The notes under the pieces: generated by a model
Seen by the model: the letters and a program-made list of their open reading frames with translations, nothing else
What the model was told of the DNA's origin: nothing
The model's database searches: none
Made by a program: the position numbers and the translations under genes
In this document: in pieces, positions 51,601 to 64,000 of the stretch
Position numbering within the stretch: position 1 is the first letter of the stretch
Layout of the letters: the number at the start of each line of letters is the position of its first letter
Assembly (NCBI GenBank): GCA_038496445.1
Contig: JALMLS010000370.1
Location: 197,361 to 261,360 of the forward strand
Direction: 5' to 3'
DNA length: 64,000 nucleotides
DNA from: Trichosphaerium sp. ATCC 40318
Lineage: Eukaryota > Protista > Tubulinea

Positions 51601-54600
51601 TCGTCAACAACTCCAAGAGTCTGCATAACCCTTGCAAGAGCGGAACAGTCAACTTGTTAGGCTCAGCGAGCTTGTATAGTATTGGTCGTAAGCTCTTTTG
51701 TAACAAATCCTTAGGCAGTTGATTTTGGTGTATAACTTGATCCAATCCATTCTTTGCAACCATAACAATTTGTGAAGGTTGCAAAGTCAACGCTTTGAAG
51801 AAAATGCCAATAATACGGTGACGCAAGTTTCCAGGCTTTTTACCGTTTTCAGGTGAGCTTTGGGCAGGTGGAGGGTTCTCTGTAATGTGTTTAAACTCTT
51901 CTGTAGCCATAGCTGCAGCTAAAAGCTTTACAGCAGCACAATGAAGGCTAACAGACTGCGCAGAACCTTCAAATAAAACCATAAGCACTAAAACAACAGA
52001 AGTATAGTATACGTACCCTCAGCAATACCAAGCGTAGCTTCTACTAACTCTAGCAGTTTTGGGGTGAATGATAGGATTGGTGGCCTGAGCCCAAGACAAA
52101 ATGTGACTGCGTCAAGATGTCCGGTTTGAACTTCAGGTTTGAGGTATTGTAAAGGTTGTGAAAGGATTGATTGCATAAGAGACTCCTTGTACGGCTCGAT
52201 AAGCTCTGGTATTTCCATCTTTGTCATATCTGCAAGGCTCTCAAGAGACTTGGTACAAGTACTTCTGACAACTTCACGTGGTGTTGATAAGTGCTGTGTT
52301 AAAATTTCAACAACAGCTCCGAGATTACGTTTGTTCTCAGCTTCTGTGCCGTCAGTTGTGGCATGACCTCCGTTGCAAATCTTAAGAATCTCAGCCAAGG
52401 TCTCTTGGGCTTCTTCTATTGTCGTTACAGACAATGAAGGAGATAAATCCTTTAATACATAAAGCAATGCTTTAACAGAAGCCAATTGATTACGCCTTAA
52501 AAAGAAAAGGTTAATCAAACTTACATAGGAAACAAACAATAACCATACCTGACCCAAGCTGGACTCAGTGACTTGGATAGGTGCTTAATACCTAAGACAC
52601 CACCAGCTTTAGAGTACCACTCACATTTATAGCAGCAGTAATTACAACGTTCTCTTATCTTTTCGAAGACCTGATTTTAAACAAAAAGTTAATTACATGT
52701 AATACTAGTAGTGGTGTCTTTCAATCATTGTCGTACACTAAGTTCTGAAGCCTTGTCTCCTGGATTAAACTTTTTACTAACATCAAGAAGAATATCTATC
52801 GCTTTGACAGCAGCAGGAGCATGTTTACGGTTCTCTGATGTAATAACATCAAGAAGAGCGCCGACAAATCCATCAGGATCAAGTTCTGTTAACTCACTCA
52901 CTTCTGGTCTCTTATTGGCAGCAAACAGCAAAGCAAAGTGCCTGCACACGCTCTCATAGAATTGAACATTATCGCATTGCTGCAAAAACAAATTAATATG
53001 GCATACAAGCTAGTCAAACTGTACCTTCAAGTCATCGTATGTTGAAGCTGTCATGATACTGTTAAGAATGAGCTTCAGTGTCCAAGTTTCAGCTACGAAT
53101 TTATGCTTTGTCTTGATACGCTTAGTACCCATTCGCGATTCATCTTCGAGAGTCACTTTCTTTGGATACAATAGCGGTTCTGTTGATGGTTCTTAAAAGA
53201 AGTATTAATACCAACCATGAAAAGAAACAAGGTACCATTGATAACAAATCCATCAGGTGGAGTAGCATTAATAAGACCACATAAACAAGATTTTAGGAAC
53301 AAATAAGACAACCGACGCCGATTTGAATTGGAAGGTGCAATGAATAGGATTTTTCTTGCTTCATGTACTGCTTGAGCAAGTGGAAGAACCAAACTGTGAT
53401 CAGGCTCAAGGCTGAGTGTTATACTGTACCCAGATTCTATATTACGGGTTGCCTTCTAAACGAAAAAGTAAGATTAAAAGTAATACTGGAGTAAAAAAGA
53501 GACGTACCAATTTTGGTGGCTTTGCAAAGAAATTACGGTTCCTTCCAGCCATTTTTCCCATTATACGTAGTACTTGAGGAGCATATGGATATGGTGGAGG
53601 CTTGAGATGTAGCCAAAGAGCCTTCATGAGTCTCGGTTTGTAAGGTAGTAATATTGGTTCCAAATAATCAGCAGATAGCCTATCTATACATAATTCTAGC
53701 AATCTCAAGCCTTGAAGAACAACATCTGTTATAGACTCAATAGCAAGCACCAACGGCTTCATAAGGTGGTGAAGACAGTGCAATAGAGAGCTAAGGCGAG
53801 GAGGCACCTATATGACATGGTGTTAGCACTCAGAAAACCGAGATCAAAGAGCTAGGTACATCACGAACGGTAAGACTCAATTCTATAAACAAGTCCCGAA
53901 GCTCATGAGGATGTGAGCTTGAATGAAGTCTGTTGAACTGTTTCAATAGCTCTATTGTTTGTCAGAAATCTAAGCATTGTAATAGGTAAGAGCGTACCGC
54001 TCAATAATGGCAGGAATTCACGAGAAAACATATCGAATTTCCCGCCACCAATACTTCGGAATAAATACCTCAAAAGCATAAAGTAATTCGTCGAGTCTTT
54101 AACCTCAGAAGCAAGCTTCATAGCTTGTCTTACAACCAGGCCAAGATGAGGTTGTAATACAGGCTCGTTATCCGAAAAATATGTAACAGAGTTAAACACA
54201 GCCTTAAACAGCCTTAACATTACAGTCGCTCTTCCCTTTTGTGGTGAAGATAATTGTCTAAAAAAAACACGTTAGTTTTAAGTAAGTAAACATAAGCTAG
54301 CTTGTCCTTTGGTTACGTACTTCATGCGAGATACCAAGAAACGTAAGATACACTCAGCGAAGTGTTTAGATACAGGTGGGTTGAGTAAAAAATGCTCAAC
54401 GAGGGTTAGAACTTGATGGTTTCCAAGACTTGACTTGAAAATAAACGGCATCTCAAGCTCCAGAACATCACGGAATACTTGAGGATCAAGCATAGTAAAA
54501 ACAGCAGCAAAGTATTCCATTATCTTTGTAGACATCTCAGCATTCTGTAATTATTAGCGGTGGGTTGTGTTAAGAAAGAGGGAGTAAAAGATTTTCACAA

Positions 54601-57295
54601 CTGCTTGTCAAAAAAAAAATACAAAAAAAATAGAAGCAACAAATTGTGATATTGGGATGCTAACTACTAACCTCTTGTACCTCTTGCTCCTCCTTCTTAG
54701 TTCCCTCAGAGAGGCATACGTTATAAATTTTGAAGCAATGTAGACCGTTTCTTAGAAGTCTCGTAAAGAGGAGACTCTCTTCAACAGTAAGTCTCTTAGA
54801 GGATTGACCGTTCTAAAGTAAAAGCATTAATGACTAGTCTAGATTCAATAATGTTTTAAAAACATACTTGTGCTTGATATGCAGTAGAGCTAATACCCCA
54901 AACAATATTTTTAAGTCCAAGGACCAAAGTCTTTAGCAGCAATCTGCAATCTATGAAAAAAGTTATTTTCAGAAAAAAATCGAACAAAAGTAATGTTTTG
55001 TATCTAATCAAGCTTACCTTTAATCTTTGCCATTGTGCGATTTGCACGAAGGGAATTTGCTACAGCTGGTTCCACAATGCTTCCTCGAGCGACTACGTCT
55101 GTTAATAACTGCCAAATTGGTTTTGAATAAAAGAAAGAAGGCTTCCAAAAAAAAAAAGAAACTCTCTTGCCTTTTATCTTTAATAACTCAGGTATCTGAC
55201 GCTTTAAGCTACTGAACTTATTTACAAACGCATTTAGGATACAAACAAGCAATGTACGACCTATTATCAATTAAATAAAAACCCTAAAGAACAATCATTT
55301 TTTTGCGTACCATTATTCTCTGCGTTATTGTTCCTAGCAATACATTCCACAAGGTTCAATAATAGCTTTGCGGACATTGTCTGTATAGCGAATGGCAAGG
55401 AAGAATCATGAATATTGCGTGAATACAAATGAACAACTTTTGTAAGCTGTGGCAGCTTAAGTTCAGCGCGAACATGATGGACCTTAAAAAAAAAGTTAAA
55501 AAAAACCTATTTCTTCTGTATGACGTACCAAGTCCGCGAGTGTACTATAAGCCAAAGGTCTAAGTGTTTCGTAACATGTCCTCCCTTTGCCTAGCCATTT
55601 AAGAAAAAAACCAGATGACAAGTTGTTTCTTTTGGAAGAAAATTAAAAAAACATACCTAAAAGCATTTCCTCTTTTAGGAGGGTATCAATGTGTTTTACA
55701 AACCCTTTACGAAAATCTGTAGCTAGAACATGACGTGTAGCAACTAGTAACTCCTTACGAATCGACGCAGATTCTGAAGGGCAGTTACGAAGAAGCTGTA
55801 TGACGCATTTTGGAATCTCTGAGATATATGGTCTGAGTTGATCAACAAAGCCGCGTAACATGTATGCGAGGAATGATAGTGTCTAATAGTGTAATGTGGT
55901 AAGAACACGTAATGATCATTGTTATAAAAAGAGAGGTATATTTGGGTTACCTTGACTTGAGCACCAATAAACCCAATGTATTGTTGTCTGTATTTTGGTG
56001 TCTTAGCTGGTTCACCAGCTTGTAGATCAAGAGTCTTTACAATGAGAGGCATAAATTCTCTCACAGTACTCTGAAGATGTCGAGGGTATAACTGGAAAAG
56101 AAGTACGACGATAAAAGGGCATTCTGTCAATACCTGATCCAAAAACGTGAGAAACCATAAAAAAAAATTTTGTCCCTTCCATACCTTAAAACTATTGAGA
56201 GAAGAAATTAACGTGTTTCCCTTTGGTGGTTGTAATAATCCAGGATTTAAATTATCTAAAAGAAGAATGTAATCAGTTTACAGTCACAAAAAAGAATAGG
56301 TTTAAACTAAACGTACCGGCTTGTTGAATTGTAAATTTTTGTTTACCTAAAGGGTAAATGTCAAAAAACGGAAAAAACAAAAACAAAAAAAAAAGAAAAC
56401 GAGGCGCCGACACCTTTCAAAAAAAAAGGAACTAAGAGCTTTTCATAGCCAGTGAAAGATTTAAAATATACGGGTGCGTATAAAGTACGTAAAAAAGGAA
56501 TTACAACCATTGAGTTAGATTGATTTTAAACCGCTTGTTCGAAAAATCAAAACACGTGTATAAAGCGTCGTACCACCTGTCCTGCCTTCAGAAAAAGTAA
56601 TATGGACTGTTGTGGTAAGCTCCTTGTAAATACGTTGAACAAAAGTCAAAAAATTTTGAGCTTCTGTTTCAAGCTCTGGTCTGTATGCTTTGTGCAGGTC
56701 AATGATAATACGTAAGCAAATAGCGGCGTTATCTTCGTTTTCGTGGGATAATAACTTGGTGGTGAATTGTAAGAACCGTTTGCACATTGGTTTCAAGCAT
56801 TCGTCTGTTTTCAACCTTTTTGTGATGTGAGAACGCGTGGTGAAGCACTTTTGAGGGTTTTTGTTGATGTGTTTAACTAATTAATAATTTTTCGCTGTAA
56901 ATAGCGTTTTAGAGCTCAGTACCTATTAAGTATCTCTAATATGGTATTTCGAAGCTTTTGCTCGTGATTGTCGGTGAGTTGAGGTTTTCCAATGGCAAGC
57001 TCTTCCATTAGAAGGGGAAATATCTCCTTTAGAAAGCCTTTGTAATTTTGGGCTTGTAACGCTCCAATATTTTCTCTAATCTCGGTTGCACAGGCAACTC
57101 TGTACGCAAACGTCGAGTCTACGCACCACATTAAATTAAGCAATTTGAAAAATACAAACCAGTGCCCCGCGCTTTCTTCCAGCTTGCGCTGTACCCCTTT
57201 AACGCCTCATCATTGTTTATAATCGGTGTAAGCCGTGGGAAGTTAACAGGCGGCTGTTGAGACGGCCCTGAAGGCGAATCCACCTTAGGGTGCAT
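42622..57295 (-). CDS. TRRAP: Transformation/transcription domain-associated protein TRRAP/Tra1 (PIKK pseudokinase)
   Basis: HEAT region LSHENEDNAAICLRIIIDLHK, SIRKELLVATRHVL and YFMLLRYLFRSIGGGKF. FAT region WRERLPNPWDDINVW and GYHESAWANNKFAQVARRQ. PI3K-like VPFRLS. FATC LIEAATSPDNLASMDPTWNAFV*. Confidence 0.97.
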
Positions 57296-57490
57296 TTATG
57301 TCTCTTGTGGTATAAGTTGCTTGACGCGCAAGCGTGTACCAACCTTCTATGTACTGTTGAGCAATGAATAATCAAAGTCGCGAAGATTCCGTGACTTAAG
57401 AATTTTGCTCTACTTTTCTGTAAGTCTGCACCTTGGTTTTTCGCCACTTTCAGTTATCTTCGTTAGGATACACATAACAGTCTCGAGCTA

Positions 57491-57778
57491 ATGTCATTAC
57501 CCGCAAAGGTGTTTTTGGCATTGGCAACTGTAACAACAGTGACAGTTGTTACGTACATACATTTGGATCATAATAAACAAAAACGGGTGCGCGTGTGATT
57601 ATAGACGCCAACTGGAATAACTGTAGGCTAGGAAATGAAGCTCGGTATACGAAGAGACTTTGAGCGCAGAGCAAAGCGCGAAATGGACAATCCGTGCGTA
57701 GAGTAGCTACAAACTAGCAGTTTAGCACTAAATGAATTCGACAGACCTCCAAAAAACGTATTACCGGACGCACAATAG
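57491..57778 (+). CDS. PET117: PET117 cytochrome c oxidase assembly factor
   Basis: MSLPAKVFLALATVTTVTVVTYIHLDHNKQKREMKLGIRRDFERRAKRE: a TM helix, H..Q...R and M..GI.RD.ER. Two short GTGCG introns. Confidence 0.8.
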
Positions 57779-58304
57779 CCATTCGTAGAGTTGAGGGTAT
57801 ATCTGAACTCATTCAGTCACGCTACATTTTACATTTATCAAATCGAATCGAAAGTAAGTACAAATACACGACTTGGCCGCGAATTGCCTCAGAACCAGTT
57901 GCTATCCACCACTGCTGTACAATAAAACAAAATTAAAAGTTACAATTTTGGCATCCGTGGCAAGCTGGAAGGCAAACGTGAAGTGATATTACTACTTTAT
58001 GTATATGTCAGGTATAACTGTTTTGTGTGGTTTGAAATGATTAGCACTTGAATACCAAACGTATGTAATATTAGGCTTTTCCAATAAAAACACTCGGAAA
58101 TGCGTTACTACGCGTGACCAGAAGTGTTAGGGTGTTTTCCCACTTTTTTTTAACAACCATGGAATTTCACAAAAGTGAATTCTCAAAATTTCGAAAAAAA
58201 ACCTTACTTTGACCACATCTAAAAGCGAACTAATCGATCGCTACCCACTTTATGTACACACTATTTTTTTCACACATTATCCAAATACTAATAATTTCTG
58301 TTTT

Positions 58305-59564
58305 TCATTCATTATAACTCATTGCTGTAGCTGCATAACACCCTAAACATTCATAAACAAAAAAAATTTTCAAAAACATTTTATGCAAAACCTGATAATC
58401 AAGCCATATATTAGTCATCGCTTCTTCTTTATAAGTCATTGGATTATGTCGTGAATTATATAAACGGAAGTAAACCATATAACGGACATCAGGTGAAGTA
58501 TTAGGAACAGAAATACGAGCCAACTGATAATGACACTAGTGGATAGTTCATTAACAACCCGACCAAGAAAAAAAAAAGAAAAAAAACTTACCAAAAGAAT
58601 GTCACCAGCCTTCGCCAATATATGTTTTGGTTCGACGTCAAGTGTTGGTTTCTTTATACCGCTCTTTAATGTATTTGTAGGGCCTCCATTCTCATTGAAA
58701 AATCTCTGTAATTGCACATGTGTACCAGGAAACACTGCCATGTTCCCAGAAAAATCACGTGGTAAATCTGTTAAGAAAACAGCACAAAACAAAGTGTAAT
58801 TGTTAAACTACCGATAAGATTTAGCATACAAAAAACAATTCAATGTAGTGGCTCTAAACGTACTGTGTTTGGTGGTATTTTATTGTGAGGAGAAGACATT
58901 CCGTCCAGAATCCATCCGTTTGACCATTCAGGTTTAGGAAACAAACCGTCCTAGTTTCATATTTATTAAAAATAATCCACAATTGCTCAAGCTTTAGACG
59001 CACTCCAGAAAAAACTATTTGATTACGAAATTGTGCAGGCGTGAAACATCCTTGACCAGGAAAGTTTAAACGTATATCTCCACCGCTACAAAAAAATGAA
59101 TTAAGTTAAAGGGAAAACAAGAACATTGTAGTTGATCAACTGAAAGCAAAAAATATAATACAAAGCTTCACGTACCCTGGTGCATGTATATCACCTACTA
59201 AAGATCTTATAAGAGGAAGCGCACTCGAACGTAAAATAAGATCACTAATAGCATCACATGAATATATAGGAGGTGGGAACTTCAATCCTGTCTTATCAAA
59301 TTTACTATGTCCAGAACCAATTACCATATTTATACAACGACGTGCATTATCAATAAGATCTTGTTGTACAGCAGAAGTTATAACAACATAACCTAGGATC
59401 ACAGTTAACTTACAAACAAAATTATATTGAACAAAGGGACCACCGAAGAAGTCATTAGTAAACAAACTAAAAGGTAGCTTACCATTTGACACAAAGTGGT
59501 TTTTCTGCTCAGTGCTGAGTTGCGCTTGTATTGCAGGGGATTGCTCTTTGTGCTTAATACTCAT
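58305..59564 (-). CDS. Phytanoyl-CoA dioxygenase (PhyH)-like protein, apparently lacking both iron-binding His residues
   Basis: LSTEQKNHFVSNGYVVI, IRLNFPG, WILDG, AVFLTDLP..SGNMAVFPGTH, AKAGDILLCHYQLARISVPNTSPDVRYMVYFRL. Confidence 0.8.
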
Positions 59565-59624
59565 CTCGAGGCTAGGTATATGTTAAGGTGAAATACTTTA
59601 AAAAAAAAGGAGTGTGAAACAAGT

Positions 59625-61359
59625 TCATAAATCATACTTTGCTTTTATAACCTCTGTGAGGTTAGGTTCAACTTTCTTTGTTGTATTTCCTTTATATTGT
59701 GGTGGTCTTTTTGGAGGCATTCTATTTACTAGGTACATCGCATTAGCGAGCCAAACAACACTTAAAAGAGGAGGTATCACAACTTACCACTTTGTTGGGG
59801 TTGCTTTGGTGACGCATGTACAGGTTCGCTCCTGTCTCCTGCTATCGTTAAGTATTCTTACATCAACACTTGAGATTGTAAAAAGACAAAAAATTATATT
59901 ACCTGTAAACTGCTGAGGATGCTTTACAAGAGATTCAGGAGCTCTTGTTAAAGGATTTTGACTTGGAAATAAGCCAGATGGCGCTGAAGGCCCTTCATGC
60001 ATAGGTACCAGGTTCGCCCATGCACCTTTACCTCTCCTGTTACCTCTCCCTTTACCATTCCATCTTCCTTTGCCATTTCTGTTTCCTTGACGTTTACCTC
60101 TCCATTGTGCAAATCTCTGTAACTGCGAACCCCAGCCTCCTAACAACAGCTTTGGTAAGAAAAAACCTGGTATAAAACACTCACCTTGGTTAGCGTTGTT
60201 CATTTTTCTACCTGCTTTAGGCGGTTGTGAATGGTGTGAGTGTGAACGGTGCCTTTGATGGTCACCCATTTGGTTGTTTATATTACCATTACCATTCTGT
60301 TGATGCGTTGCATACCCATTTCCGTAAGCTTTGGGTGCGTTGTATTCAGGTCGTTGTGAATTCATATGAGAATGGTATGATTGTCGTGAGGCTTCCTCTT
60401 GATAGCTTGGAGGTTCAGGAGCGCTGTATGATAATGGATTACGTTGTAACCGTGCGTTTGGATCATATTGTGGTGCTCGGTGATAGGTTGGTGCTGATGT
60501 ATTATGTTGTAGGGGGTATGATACATTACGTTGTAACTTGGGTGGTTGAGTCTACAATCGCGTGTTGGTTTTACTATAAACTCAAGGGATATTGAAATAA
60601 ATGCTTGGTGACGTACATATACAGGAGACTCGTATTGTGGTGGTGGAGGAGCACGCCGATGTGGTACATACTAACACAAAAAAAATTAAACTAAGAATCT
60701 TAGAGCTAACTGAAAAATGTGCAAAGGTGTTTATTACATGGACTGCAAACTTCAAAATAAAATACGTACAGTTTTTGGAGGTTGCTGGTGTTGCTGTTCT
60801 GCACGAAGAGGATACGAGTTCTGTTTATGTAGTTGTGTATCTTTGGAATAAAGGTTTAGAAAAAATTTGTTTGAACACCACGTGATAGTAAAATAAAATG
60901 GTTTTGACATTAGTCTAATGCGTACAAGAAGGGTATGATTGTGTTGGAGGATATGTTGTGTTTGAACTATTCTCTGGTCTTGTTGGTGGTTGAGCTTCTT
61001 GTTGTGCTGTAGGTGCATTTGATGGGTTTTGTGGTCTAGGTGGTTGAACGTTTGGGTCTTCAACTGGTGTTGAATGTTTTGGAGATGTTGGTGGGTTGTC
61101 AGATACTTTTAAACGCTCCTACAGAGCGTTACTGGCGAAAATACCGTTAATTGGTTACCATTTGCTTAATAGGTGGATCATTTTGCTTGGTGGCCTCTGT
61201 ATTAACGCCACAGGCTGACATTAAAAGTGTTATTGTTTTTGTAAGGTCTCCAGCTGTTTGTGCCCACGACGCAACGATTAACTCCTTATCGAGCTGTGGG
61301 AACATCATAGACAGCTGAGAAACGAATGGTGGTGATGCTTCTGGTGTAGTTGAAGCCAT
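59625..61359 (-). CDS. CUE-domain protein with long P/Q/Y/N-rich low-complexity region
   Basis: CUE domain VSQLSMMFPQLDKELIVASWAQTAGDLTKTITLLMS, followed by Gln/Pro/Tyr-rich exons and a G/R/N-rich stretch. Confidence 0.75.
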
Positions 61360-62146
61360 AGGTACAATCTTGCGTATGCAATTGGTTAGTTCCTTCTATG
61401 TGCGTATATACAATTTTCTACGCGTTGTTGCGTATATTATTCTTTTAACCTTGAATTGCAGTAAGCCGTGAAAAAATAGGAACAATTTCAACACTCCACC
61501 AGATTAATCGCACGAGCACGCTACAGAAACAATATGGGTTGCAGGAACTCATGACGCTACCGGCACTAATGGGCAGACATTTACCCGTTAATTGTTTATT
61601 ACCCAAGTGTCACAATATGTAGAGGTGATTGCAGTGCGCCATAACCACATTGTGACACACTGTGACATTAAAACACTCTAAGCGAAAAATGCCTAATCCG
61701 CTGCAATTGTTGACTTTGTAGACAATAGTTTTTTAAGCGTGTAACACGGTTGTTCTTGTTACTGCCGTTACCCCTACCACGTCATCGCCTTAAACGCATG
61801 AAATGGCCATAAGCACAAGTAATGAACCATTTCCGTCTATAACCTACCAAACCCTTATATATATAACCCTAGAAGGCGCTAAGCGGCAATTACAAAGAAA
61901 TGAAGGTTTACATCACGTCGAACAATTAGAAACAGCTTTTGACTACCTTCCAGTTGAACTAATAGTAGAGGTACCTCCAACGCACCATATTACGAATTAT
62001 GTAGTTATTTACCATCCAGATAATCTCTTGGCTACCAATCGCTTCTATTCTCAGTTTTCGATCAACAGCACAACACATTGCAAAGCTTGTAGACTTTCAC
62101 GTGCCAACAGTAAAGGTGCAATCATGTCAAAATCATCTTTTTGACA

Positions 62147-63190
62147 ATGTTCCAAAAGGAAGGAAGAAAGACGTTCCAGGCCAAAGAGAATGGACCAAAA
62201 TATAAGCCAATTGAAGAAACAGAGTTTTCTACAGTCACTTCTATTGCACTAACACCCAAAGGACACGTACGTGGGCCACCTACAGTAGCGTTGATCTTGT
62301 CTTTATTTTATTGTTTTTTGATCATAAAAATTTTTAGGTTGCGTTCGTTGAGTATGGAGAGTCGTTGATTCATATCTTAAACCTTAAAACAGGGAAATTG
62401 TACAGGCGAAAGATTATAGAGCTTTTTCGTAGGCCGTATGGGATACTTGCAATGGATAATGGAGACTTGATTGTATCCGATAGTAGCACTCACACAGTGT
62501 CACGTGTTGAGATGTCAGGCGGTAAAAGACGAAAGCATAAAGTCATCGCTGGGCAACATATGAACACTGGTTTTGTTAATGGAGATAAAGGTAAACTCAA
62601 TGTACCCAGGGGACTATGTATGGATTCAAACGGGCGAATACTTGTTTGTGATACTTCAAATCGAGCTATACGACAGATTAAAGAAGATGGTTCATTTAGT
62701 ACACTTTGTGGCTCTCCAACTAGTTCAGGAATAGCTACGGATGGCCCTGTTGCAACAGCTTCTTTCTTTAGTCCTAGGAAAGTTGTTGTTGATTCTAAGA
62801 GAGATATAATTTATGTCGCTGATGGAACAGTATGTTATTTGTTTGAACTTTCTCAAAACTTGTATTTTGTGCTAAACCTCTCTTTTCGTTCTAGGCCATT
62901 AGGAGGATTTCAAGTGGTTATGTAGATACTATATACAATCAAGATAATCCTATTCATAGTATGGCTCTTGATAAGAGAGGTGACCTTTACTTTGGGACAA
63001 GCCAAGGTCTGAAGAAGATTTATTTAAACACCAATTTTCAGCATGTCATCAACTTAAGTATTGTTCCCAAAGTAACTCATATCTCTGCTGCCTTTTGTTA
63101 CGAAGAAACACTACTGGTGTTCGCCAATATTACTGGATGTATGGGATATACTTTGCTATCAATATCTCTTTTGTAGCTTGTAACAAATAG
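62147..63190 (+). CDS. NHL-repeat (beta-propeller) protein; 5' end uncertain
   Basis: RPYGILAMDNGDLIVSDSSTHTVSRV, LNVPRGLCMDSNGRILVCDTSNRAIRQI, ASFFSPRKVVVDSKRDIIYVADG. Confidence 0.82.
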
Positions 63191-63457
63191 TTGAAAAAAA
63201 ATGATGCTTAACACCGCAAGTTGTTTCACTTAGGTGCCAGCAAGTGGCATTTTTTTCTATGAAATTCAAAATACCAGTCAGGGTTTTTTTTGCAATGTCA
63301 CGTGACTTGTTTAATTTCTGTTTTTTTTGTATTTTTACCACTGCTTGCAAACGCGTTTACACTCTTCTTTTCTACAACGTGAATTGAGCTGTGCAACCTC
63401 GTTATTCAAATTTTTGTACAAAATAACAATAAGTTAGCAATGCTTATATGTGTTCAA

Positions 63458-64000
63458 CTAATGCAACACGTTAATTTGAGAAGATCTTGGATTCAGGATT
63501 GGCTCATCTAAACGTAAATTTTAGCTCCTCGATTCCTTAGTAAAAGCGTACACTGAGACCCAGAAGAACCACAACAAATCAGAGCGCCATCCTTTACATT
63601 AACCGGAACTTCTTTCCAGAATGACCAGTTAGGTATTATCTCTGCGCCCTTCTTCTTGCTTAGGATGACAATAAGTATAACAGCCTCTACACATCAGCGT
63701 ACCGCGTCACGTTTATCACTGCACCAACCCCACAGTAAAGTGCTGATATGCAAAGAAAGGCAATCAAAAACCCAGTGCCTATACTGATGGCAGGTCTCCT
63801 AAAACCGGTCTGAATATAATGAGATTTCAAGAGGACGTACTGTGAGATGGACAGGCAGATTTGGTTCTTAGATTAATCGTTATATTACTTGGTATCGTAT
63901 GTGCCCCACTGTCATCTACTGTGGTATACCCTTACCAAAATAAGCATAAATTATCAAATCATTTAGGTTCAAATCCTGAAGTGCTCTTATCACAAAGCAA
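63458..64000 (-). CDS. Cation-dependent mannose-6-phosphate receptor / ATG27-like membrane protein (3' part only)
   Basis: LRTKSACP, a TM helix ISIGTGFLIAFLCISALYCGVGAVIN, then KKGAEIIPNWSFWKEVPVNVKDG and a cytosolic YEPI (YxxPhi) motif. Confidence 0.78.

Noticed and set aside
42622-57295. Frequent in-frame TAA/TAG in conserved genes, suggesting a reassigned genetic code
   Set aside because: The stops checked fall inside short GT-AG introns, and the spliced exons of TRRAP, ELP1 and GGCT read through with the standard code.
60227-60885. Val-rich plus-strand ORFs
   Set aside because: They are antisense shadows of the Gln/Pro/Asn-rich exons of the CUE-domain gene.
61864-61871. TAACCCTA resembling a telomerase RNA template or telomeric seed
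   Set aside because: It is a single 8-mer with no tandem array or supporting structure, so it is expected by chance.
61798-62144. 113-aa ORF upstream of the NHL gene
   Set aside because: No recognisable motif, and I could not splice it convincingly into the NHL frame. It may be upstream exons or noise.
1-64000. CRISPR arrays, transposases, rRNA, tRNA and snRNA genes
   Set aside because: No spaced direct repeats, transposase or RT motifs, or recognisable structural RNA signatures were seen by eye. A covariance-model scan would be needed to exclude small RNAs.

Overview
Gene-dense, AT-rich eukaryotic (protist) genomic DNA with many short spliceosomal introns, mostly about 35-60 nt, with GTACG/GTATG/GTGCG donors and frequent AAG acceptors. 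Amoebozoa is an inference from the Clu-domain and RhoGEF-RBD architectures. The supplied ORF track only captures exon fragments, so gene models were spliced by hand and their ends are approximate. About 20 genes were found. Conserved ones are ELP1, TRRAP/Tra1, PET117, GGCT, a RhoGEF, a Clu-domain protein and a partial M6PR/ATG27-like receptor. The standout is a single spliced ORF (about 1229/1730-6510) that fuses a legumain-like C13 peptidase domain, a CDC123-like ATP-grasp domain and an IPNS-type 2OG-Fe(II) dioxygenase, each with altered catalytic motifs. Other notable items: a DUF924-TilS fusion, an ankyrin-PARP-like gene near a PARG-like gene, a secreted peptide with palindromic Cys spacing, two paralogous Trp-rich repeat proteins, two probable pseudoenzymes and a strong excess of CACGTG. 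No rRNA, tRNA, CRISPR array or transposon was recognised.
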